IMG/VR virus record: IMGVR_UViG_3300003177_000008
Coordinates: 1-52,216 of that record
Reading direction: 5' to 3' (one strand)
DNA: 52,216 nucleotides
DNA from: a virus
Lineage: Duplodnaviria > Caudoviricetes
The notes under the pieces were generated by a model. The model had not been told where the DNA came from, ran no database searches, and saw only the letters and a program-made list of their open reading frames with translations. Shown here one piece after another: positions 9,294 through 16,488 of this stretch (positions are counted from its first letter, which is position 1; each line of letters starts with the position of its first letter). The position numbers and the translations under genes were made by a program.

Positions 9294-9375
9294 AAAGCGC
9301 TGTTTGTCTAATCACCTCCAGACAAACAAAAGAGGTTTCTTTCTTTCAAATGTTGCGCGCTAACATTATCAATAA

Positions 9376-9468
9376 AAGTTTATAAAGTTTTAGGGACTCG
9401 AGCCCTATATATACACCAGATCTTAATGGGGATCGAACCCAATACTAACCAATAGAACTTTAAAACTT
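9376..9468 (-). ncRNA. candidate RNA with two T-arms inside one closing stem
   Basis: TGGG-TTCGATC-CCCA and TAGGG-CTCGAGT-CCCTA inside AAGTTTTAAAGTT/AACTTTATAAACTT. Confidence 0.55.
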
Positions 9469-9578
9469 CGTTAAAGAAAATAGGAGATTAACTCCAAAGA
9501 ATATAAGTTATTTTTACTCTTTGGAAATAACCTTTTATATTTTTTATTATATAATAAAAAACTTAAGTCTTATTTAAA

Positions 9579-9665
<87 letters not shown>

Positions 9666-9671
9666 ATATTT

Positions 9672-9747
9672 TGGTGCATCCGGTGAGATTCGAACTCACA
9701 TTTTTCCGCTTAAAAGGCGGGTACCATAACCATTAGGTGACGTATGC
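9672..9747 (-). tRNA. tRNA-Lys(TTT)
   Basis: Cloverleaf with one acceptor mismatch, CCA. Confidence 0.88.
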
Positions 9748-9953
9748 GACGATAAACATTTCTTTATTTAAAGTCGCATCCGTGAACCTATGTCTATCAG
9801 TTCAGGCAACGACTATGATTTTTGAACTCTTCATAGTACCTCTTATTTTTAATTATTTTTTGACATCAATTTCTTGACGGATGGAAACTCATAAACCATC
9901 TATTTTTGTTTCGCTACACTGGAAGAAATATCATCTCCGCTCGATATGTTTTT

Positions 9954-10028
9954 TGGTACTCGATAGTAGATTCGAACTACTGACCAATTCCTTGTAAGGG
10001 AATCACTCTACCACTGAGTTAATCGAGT
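9954..10028 (-). tRNA. tRNA-Val(TAC)
   Basis: Cloverleaf, CCA. Confidence 0.92.
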
Positions 10029-10031
10029 ATT

Positions 10032-10107
10032 TGGTGGAGATATGCAGACTTGAACTGCACTCTCAAGTTTGCAAAACTTGTGTTCTACCCAGATGAACTA
10101 TATCCCC
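10032..10107 (-). tRNA. tRNA-Ala(TGC)
   Basis: GGGG start with G3:U70, CCA. Confidence 0.92.
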
Positions 10108-10109
10108 AT

Positions 10110-10285
10110 TATTTTAACTAAAAGAACATATAGTGCTGTCGACTTCTTCCTGGCCGGTCAATCGACGATGGATAACGATACACCGAAAGTGATGATATTA
10201 TGTACACTTAATCTTCTAAAACCACGCTCGCCACCTCTTACACGCGGAACTTCACTTTCTATATATGTTCTTTATAATTAAAATA
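10110..10285 (-). ncRNA. candidate structured RNA with long closing stem
   Basis: Inverted repeat 10121-10132/10262-10273 plus outer TATTTTAA/TTAAAATA; GC-richer internal hairpins. Confidence 0.5.
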
Positions 10286-10548
10286 CTACTTAACTCTTAA
10301 TAGCTTAAGATTTTTAGAATTAATTTTTTGATACGGATTATTATATCTTCTATTATAATATCTTCTCAAATTTTTAATTTTTTAATGCCATCTTCATAGC
10401 TATATGCTACAATGAATCCTCGTTTTGCTAAACTAAAGGCATCATCTTTCTTAATATAATCAAAATATCTTCCATTATATAGTTTAAAATGTTTTTTATC
10501 AATATAATCTGTAATTATATAACTTCTCATATTTTATCCTTCTCTTCT

Positions 10549-10826
10549 TGGTATCCTCATATGGAATTGAACCACAAGTATTTGGCTAAGTTTTACCATA
10601 GCATATCTCGTTAATATACCCTATATTATATTAAACCATTCAATAGGGGAATAAATAACAAAAGTCCGTTTTAAGGTTTTCCAGATTACTATGTTGTATT
10701 TTCTTTCTTATATAAGTCGGTTTAGAACTTCTATAATACTCGAAAATTCGTAACTCTATTCTAAATCAATTACTTTTAGAATTTCCTATTTCAAGGACCA
10801 AATACTCCAAACCGCTTGGTGAGGAC
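10549..10826 (-). ncRNA. 278-nt tRNA-headed RNA with tmRNA-like topology and a non-Ala acceptor
   Basis: GTCCTCA/TGAGGAT-A-CCA acceptor, D-like hairpin, 9-bp helix, T arm, 212-nt insert. Confidence 0.7.
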
Positions 10827-10837
10827 ATTCTTAATTA

Positions 10838-10912
10838 TGGCGCCCCTGAAGAATTTCGAAATCTCGACCTCTCGGCTGACAACCGAGCGCTCTTCCTCTG
10901 AGCTACAAGGGC
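10838..10912 (-). tRNA. tRNA-Asp(GTC)
   Basis: Cloverleaf, G73, CCA. Confidence 0.92.
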
Positions 10913-10918
10913 ATATTT

Positions 10919-10994
10919 TGGCTCCGATAGCAGGGCTCGAACCTGCGACCCGATGATTAACAGTCATCTGCTCTACCAACTGAGCTATATCGAA
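10919..10994 (-). tRNA. tRNA-Asn(GTT)
   Basis: Canonical cloverleaf, U1-A72, G73. Confidence 0.93.
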
Positions 10995-11001
10995 ATATTT
11001 T

Positions 11002-11078
11002 TGGTTGCTGAAATGCCAGAGTTGAACTGACTTAACAAGGGTTATGAGCCCTCGTGAGATTCCGACCTCCCACCAGCG
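11002..11078 (-). tRNA. tRNA-fMet(CAT)
   Basis: C1:A72 mismatch; GGG/CCC at the anticodon stem. Confidence 0.85.
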
Positions 11079-11086
11079 ATATTTAA

Positions 11087-11162
11087 TGGTGCCTACGGTT
11101 GGTTACGCTCCAACTCCTTTAGTTTTTCAGACTAACGATTCTACTAAGTTATCTTCGTAGGC
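11087..11162 (-). tRNA. tRNA-Phe(GAA) with non-canonical D and T loops
   Basis: All stems pair; T loop AGCGTAA. Confidence 0.8.
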
Positions 11163-11175
11163 ATTGCTTATAATA

Positions 11176-11262
11176 TGGAGGATGTGGTGAGACTCGAACT
11201 CACAACGGTTTGACCCGCACACGGTTTTCAAGACCGGCTGTCTCCCTACTGACTACACATCC
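11176..11262 (-). tRNA. tRNA-Ser(TGA)
   Basis: Long variable arm, loop CT-TGA-AA, CCA. Confidence 0.88.
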
Positions 11263-11374
11263 AAGTAATTTCAAATAACTCTTTTTCTATACATATTATA
11301 TAGAAATAAAGCTTAAAATTCAATAAATCGAGCGATATTTACTAAATATTTCAATATCTTTTAAAAACTCGATT

Positions 11375-11560
11375 GTAAGATTTATAAGGATTTTCTTACT
11401 TCCTTTGTCTAGGTTCCCGCTTACATCTTCTAGATATAGAAATCTATTAATGCTGAAAGGCGCTGATTGCCTGCATTTTCTCACCACTTTGTTTTTCGAA
11501 GAAACAAAGAAAACTTTCTCAAAGAGACTGTAAACACTCAAAATGCAAAGTGCTTATTAA
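11375..11560 (-). ncRNA. candidate multi-pseudoknot RNA
   Basis: Several nested and crossing complementary segments between tRNA genes. Confidence 0.5.
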
Positions 11561-11577
11561 TATCTTTGTGTAAAATA

Positions 11578-11662
11578 TGGTGCATCTACCCAGATTTGAA
11601 CTGGGACATCCTAGGATAATGAGTCTTAAGCCCATCGCGTCTGCCAATTCCGCCACAGATGC
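11578..11662 (-). tRNA. tRNA-Leu(TAA)
   Basis: Class II cloverleaf, CCA. Confidence 0.92.
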
Positions 11663-11670
11663 ATTTTTAA

Positions 11671-11747
11671 TGGTCTGTGTAGTAGGGATCGAACCTACGA
11701 CCTCTCCACCCCAAACGGAGTATTCTACCAATCTGAACTATACACAG
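11671..11747 (-). tRNA. tRNA-Pro(TGG)
   Basis: C1-G72, A73, CCA. Confidence 0.92.
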
Positions 11748-11755
11748 ATACTTTC

Positions 11756-11831
11756 TGGTGACGCTATCGGGACTCGAACCCGAAATACTACCGTGAAAGG
11801 GTAGTGAGATAACCAATTTCTCCATAGCGCC
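11756..11831 (-). tRNA. tRNA-Glu(TTC)
   Basis: Cloverleaf, CCA. Confidence 0.92.
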
Positions 11832-11832
11832 A

Positions 11833-11908
11833 TGGATGAGGTAGAGGGTCTCGAACCCCCGACATACGCGCTCAAAACACGTCGTTCTACCAACTGAACT
11901 ATACCTCA
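11833..11908 (-). tRNA. tRNA-Gln(TTG)
   Basis: U1-A72, CCA. Confidence 0.9.
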
Positions 11909-11913
11909 ATATA

Positions 11914-12000
11914 TGGTGGAAGTGGTAGGATTTGAACCTACTATCCTAAAAAGGCACGGTTTTACAGACCGCTGTGACTCTCCAACTTCACCGCACTTCC
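11914..12000 (-). tRNA. tRNA-Tyr(GTA)
   Basis: Class II cloverleaf, CCA. Confidence 0.92.
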
Positions 12001-12004
12001 ATTT

Positions 12005-12088
12005 TGGCTCAGGTAGTAGGATTTGAACCTACATTGTCAAAAGACACTGATTAACAGTCAGCTGCATTACCAAGTCTGCCATACCTGA
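12005..12088 (-). tRNA. second tRNA with Asn anticodon (GTT), long variable arm
   Basis: Loop CT-GTT-AA; arm GTC-TTTT-GAC-AAT; G73, CCA. Confidence 0.85.
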
Positions 12089-12093
12089 ATATT

Positions 12094-12167
12094 TGGTCCT
12101 CAGGGAAAGAATTGAACTTTCGTCTTTCGATTATCGGTCGAACGTTCTACCATTGAACTACCCGAGG
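12094..12167 (-). tRNA. tRNA-Ile(GAT)
   Basis: Cloverleaf, loop CC-GAT-AA (C33), CCA. Confidence 0.88.
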
Positions 12168-12172
12168 ATTTA

Positions 12173-12249
12173 TGGTGCCGACATTCAGATTCGAACTGAA
12201 AGTCTTTCGCTTACAAGGCGAATGCATTAGCCAATTTTGCTATGTCGGC
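12173..12249 (-). tRNA. tRNA-Thr(TGT)
   Basis: Cloverleaf, CCA. Confidence 0.92.
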
Positions 12250-12324
12250 AAGTTAAAATTTAGAGTGATTTTTGATTGTTTTGAGGAATCAGAAACCACT
12301 TAGTAGCTTCTGATTTGAAAGAAG

Positions 12325-12468
12325 CTACTTGGTTAAAATCTCCTGATTTAGAATCGGAAAATTCCCGAGTCTAGAATCATTAGAATTTTTCACCATAAAT
12401 AAGGCCGTACTATATGCAGGTTTACAATATGAATGTTGTTTTTCTACTATATACGATAAACGTAACAT
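12325..12468 (-). CDS. 47-aa putative leader peptide of the tRNA operon (MLRLSYIVEKQHSYCKPAYSTALFMVKNSNDSRLGNFPILNQEILTK)
   Basis: AAGGA SD at 12479-12483; promoters directly upstream; stop codon lies inside a hairpin arm. Confidence 0.6.
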   Translation of the reverse strand: MLRLSYIVEKQHSYCKPAYSTALFMVKNSNDSRLGNFPILNQEILTK

Positions 12469-12491
12469 GTACTTTTTTTCCTTATTTTTAG

Positions 12492-12701
12492 TTTATTTAT
12501 ATTTTTAAAGAAACATATATTTTACTATATATCCCTTTAACTTCTATAATTATATAATAATAATCTTAAACCAAGATTAATTATATAATGTTTTATTTAT
12601 ATTTTTAAAGAAACATATATTTACTATATATCTCTTTAACTTCTATAATTATATAATAATAATCTTAAACTAAGATTAAATATATAATGTTTTATTTATA
12701 T
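12492..12701 (-). repeat. tandem about 100-bp promoter unit (two copies plus a partial) heading the tRNA operon
   Basis: Near-identical units; TATAAATA at 12494, 12594 and 12693; TTTAAG..TATAAT in each full unit. Confidence 0.85.
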
Positions 12702-12729
12702 CTAGATAAATTGTTAAAAAATTTCTTAG

Positions 12730-13122
12730 TTATTTTATAACATTAACTAGATCATCTAGTTTTAGCTTGCTTGGTGATATAGAAAAATAGAAATCTAGCG
12801 AGCTGGGTAGCGGCTTATCATCTGTAGTATCATAATCAGTAACGCCAAAATAATCTTGCAACTTCTCAAGATCTTTATCTGCTGCAATACTTTTTAATAC
12901 TCTTGAATATTTAGTTTTATATTCAGAACCAACAACATACCAGCCATTGTCTAATTGATATACTGTCCATTTTCTTTCTGCACCATCGTAAAAACTACCA
13001 TTAGTAGAAATTTTTATAGTATATGTTTTTAATTTCTTACCTTTAAAACCTTTAGATTTTAAAAGCTTTAAAATATTGGCAGGTGTAACATTTTCTGACT
13101 CTAATAGTTCTCTAAATTTCAT
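12730..13122 (-). CDS. putative internal head protein
   Basis: N-terminus MKFRELLES. Confidence 0.65.
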   Translation of the reverse strand: MKFRELLESENVTPANILKLLKSKGFKGKKLKTYTIKISTNGSFYDGAERKWTVYQLDNGWYVVGSEYKTKYSRVLKSIAADKDLEKLQDYFGVTDYDTTDDKPLPSSLDFYFSISPSKLKLDDLVNVIK

Positions 13123-13654
13123 AAATATCCTTATTTATTCCTAACTTATTACATTTGTTTTTAAAATCCTGATAGTCTCTCATAAAAACTTCATCATCTA
13201 AAAAGTATGATACTAAATCCTCTGGAGTGCTATTTATAACTATCTGCATTAAGGATGTAGAGCTTAAAATCTTTCTAATTCTCTTCTCTATTTCAGCTTC
13301 TGATGGAGTAACTAGAATAGGAATTTGAAAACTAACTACATATATATTATCTTCACTAAGATTGTCTTCTATACGTATCTTTTCACCACCAAAAGATTTC
13401 GCGTCCTTACTTAATTGTTTATTTACTCTATCATCAGTTATTCTAACGCTAACAGAGTCTTTATTAATACAAAATACTATAAAATATCTTGATGATTCTA
13501 GATAAGTACACTCTCCTTCCTCATCTATTATTTTAGTATTTCCATATTTCTTTTTTAATTTATCTAAAAATTGAGATTTAATATCCTGTACTTCACCTTT
13601 AAAGATATATTTAACACCTTCTTCTATATTAATAAATTTTGATTTAAAACTCAT
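13112..13654 (-). CDS. putative internal head protein
   Basis: N-terminus MSFKSKFINIEEG. Confidence 0.55.
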   Translation of the reverse strand: MSFKSKFINIEEGVKYIFKGEVQDIKSQFLDKLKKKYGNTKIIDEEGECTYLESSRYFIVFCINKDSVSVRITDDRVNKQLSKDAKSFGGEKIRIEDNLSEDNIYVVSFQIPILVTPSEAEIEKRIRKILSSTSLMQIVINSTPEDLVSYFLDDEVFMRDYQDFKNKCNKLGINKDIYEI

Positions 13655-13662
13655 TTATTCTC

Positions 13663-13917
13663 CTATAATACACTTATAGATATCTTTTCGAATTTAGTCA
13701 TATATTCATCCATAAGATCTTCATACGCTTCGAAATAATCATCCTCATAATCATCAGGATCTATATTCTTATATTTCTTTCTAAACTCTTTAATAAGTTT
13801 TTCAATTTTTTTCTTATTTTTAATACTAGCTGTTCCTATAATCTCTTGATCAAGATCTTCACCTGTAGTAAATTCGAAAGTCTCTTTAGACTCTACAAAT
13901 AGTTCTCTAAACTTCAT
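13663..13917 (-). CDS. putative internal head protein
   Basis: N-terminus MKFRELFVES. Confidence 0.65.
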   Translation of the reverse strand: MKFRELFVESKETFEFTTGEDLDQEIIGTASIKNKKKIEKLIKEFRKKYKNIDPDDYEDDYFEAYEDLMDEYMTKFEKISISVL

Positions 13918-13981
13918 TTTATATCCTTTTTATATATTAAAACTAAGACAACCAGAATAATTGGTAGCCATAAATATTGTT

Positions 13982-14257
13982 TTATTTTTTCGATATCTTA
14001 ACCTTAAGATCTTTTTCTGCTTTCTTAAATAGGGGATTTAGTACATCGTCATCCGATAACAAATCCATAGCATCATCATCTCCGTACTCCATACCTTCAT
14101 CTTCTACTTCTTTAATAAAGAGTTTTTCTATATAGTCCTCAAACTTAGAAGCATTCTTTCCTTTAATTAAATAAGTATTACCATCCGGAGCATCAAACTC
14201 TATGCTAGATTTTTTAGATTCACTAAAACCTTCTGTAAATAACTTTCTAAAACTCAT
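13982..14257 (-). CDS. putative internal head protein
   Basis: N-terminus MSFRKLFTEG; late promoter at 14322-14329. Confidence 0.65.
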   Translation of the reverse strand: MSFRKLFTEGFSESKKSSIEFDAPDGNTYLIKGKNASKFEDYIEKLFIKEVEDEGMEYGDDDAMDLLSDDDVLNPLFKKAEKDLKVKISKK

Positions 14258-14266
14258 CTTATATCC

Positions 14267-14312
14267 TATTTAAAGCAAATATTTAAAGCAAATATTTAAA
14301 GCAAATATTTAA
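14267..14312. repeat. 13-bp tandem repeat TATTTAAAGCAAA, 3.5 copies
   Basis: Read directly from the sequence. Confidence 0.9.
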
Positions 14313-14331
14313 TACTTTTTATATTTATATA

Positions 14332-15475
14332 TTACCAGTCATCTAGGGTATCTGTAGTTCTATATACATTCCATTTTAGTGGTTTAGTAATAATTTCTAT
14401 CTTCTTAAGAAAATCTTTCTCCCAGTGTTGTTCATAATCTGCAAATTCTCTAAGATTAATCTCTTTACTAAATCTAGGATCTGTAAAACCTAAGGCACTT
14501 ATAACTCTATATTTATTAGGTTCTCTTACATATACATAACTAAGACTATCTCCTCTTTCAATAGGTGGAAATCTTCCCTCTATACCTAATTCTTTAACTA
14601 GTCTATTATGCTCTAGCGCTGCAGTACTTCCAAGTGGAGCAGTTAGCCAACTTCCATTCTCTTTCTGTCGTTTGTATTTACCATCTTTTTTAATATAATC
14701 TAAATTATTTACTTTAGCAATACGTACAAACTCCACAGGATCTATCTCCCCAAAATCTCTTCTAGCACTATTAATATAATCTTGTAAAGCTCTCTGATCT
14801 TTATCTAAAACTATATCTAATACAGGTCTTAATTTTTGCTTTAAAAACTCCGGAGTACTATATGATACTAAAGATACACCAGTTACTTTCATCTTAGGCT
14901 TAGCTAGAATATGACCATCATTTACTATAACTCTGGTGAAGTATCTTTTACTAGCAAGAGATACAAACCCTCTTGTAATTACCTCATTTTCCATAGCTAG
15001 AGCTGAAGGTTCTCTTAGATTAAAGGTATCTCCTATTTTCTTTAGAGTATCATTAATAATTTTTTGAAGTTTCTCTTCCGAAAACTTCTTAATAAATTTA
15101 ATCTTATCATCATCAGTAAGATCTTTAAATTTTGGAAGTTTCATTAGATTTTGTAAACATACATATCCACTATCTGTATCTGACTGCATAATAAATTCTA
15201 ACTCTTCTCTTTTAGTTTCTAGTCCACAAATATCAGATAAATAATCATTAATAGCCATCATAACCATCTGATTACTCATACGACCACTAGTAGTAATACT
15301 AGCACCTGTTAAAGTACCATTAGCGAATGGGTTGGAATTTAAAGAACTTACCCCGTATGAGCTGTTAAAGTAAAACCTTTAAAACAGTTGAACGATTTTC
15401 ATGAAAATCCTCCTGCTGCTGTATTTTATGTTTAAGACTCAATAATTCAGAGTCAGATAGTTTCTTTATATTCAT
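14332..15475 (-). CDS. gp43: B-family DNA polymerase C-terminal subunit (gp43B-like); needs a +1 frameshift at 15370-15364
   Basis: AAGGAG then ATG at 15475; MNIKKLSDSELL...LKVLL then, in +1 frame, NSSYG...TTSGR (motif B), QSDTDS (motif C), SKRY. Confidence 0.85.
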
Positions 15476-15567
15476 ATATTCTCCTTTTTATATTATATTA
15501 TATAGTAAATTTCTAAAAGTATTATTAAACTTCTAATAAATATAAATAGTTTATAAAGGTATTTAAA

Positions 15568-16488
15568 ATGATTATAACAAAAGAAAATTATGAAGATATA
15601 TTAGTAGGTAAAAGTCAAAGAATCTCTAGAACAAAAAAGAAACTATATAACTTACCAAAGGATAAATGGTTTAAAAGTATAGCAGAGGCTATTTATTGTT
15701 TTAAACATAATATAGAGGATGAACCTCATTGTTATTGTGGTAATAAATTAGAGTTCGTAAGTACTCTAGAAGGATATCCTTCTCATTGTAGTCTTAAATG
15801 TGCTAGAAGTAAAGAAAGACCTACAGACAATAATGCTAAAGTTCTTACAAAAGATAATGTAAAAGAAATATATTCCGACTCAGGAAAGGTCAAACAAGGA
15901 GCTAGAAATAAGTTTATCATCCCTACAAATTTATACTGGTGTAAATTAATATCGGAAGCAGCTTGTTGTATTATAAACGATATTAAAGAACCTCCAAGAT
16001 GTAAGTGTGGTAAATTGGTTAGTTTCGCTCAGGGAGAGGGTTATAGAAGATTTTGTGGACCTCAATGCTCTAATGGAGATGAAACTACTAAAGACCGAAG
16101 AGCTAAAACTCTTTTAAAGTACTACGGAGTAGAAAATGCATCTCAAGTAGTAACAGGCCTCACTAACTCTAAGAAATATTCACCTGAAAGATATCATCTT
16201 CAAGGCTATTTATATATAATGAGAAGTAAATCGAATAATATGATTAAGGTGGGAGTTTCTACTAATCCAAGAGGTAGGCTAGGTAATTTAAAAAAATATT
16301 GGATAGATCTAAAGCTTGAATTTATATCTTGTTGGATATCTCATGTTTATATGTATGAGGACTTTTTACATAAAAAATATGGAGAATATAATATGAGATT
16401 ATTAGAAGGAGATGGTAGAACTGAATTTTTTCAGGAACATATTTTAAACGATATTAAAGAGGATATCAAAAGTCTAGATATCTTCTAG
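15568..16488 (+). mobile_element. free-standing homing endonuclease (Zn-binding repeats plus GIY-YIG/T5orf172-like C-terminus)
   Basis: Two CxCG..CxxxC repeats; GYLYIM..IKVGVS..RL..GRTEFF; late promoter at 15541. Confidence 0.75.

Noticed and set aside
11375-11560. RNase P RNA
   Set aside because: Only a weak GAGAAAGT similarity; the P4 partner sequence is absent.
10069-11909. ORF-track calls at 10069, 10791, 11320, 11519, 11577 and 11667
   Set aside because: They overlap tRNA genes or structured RNA and look like chance frames.
15280-16473. Group I intron in the polymerase gene
   Set aside because: The endonuclease is on the opposite strand and overlaps the upstream stop, the downstream half has its own promoter and SD, and no intron core was seen.
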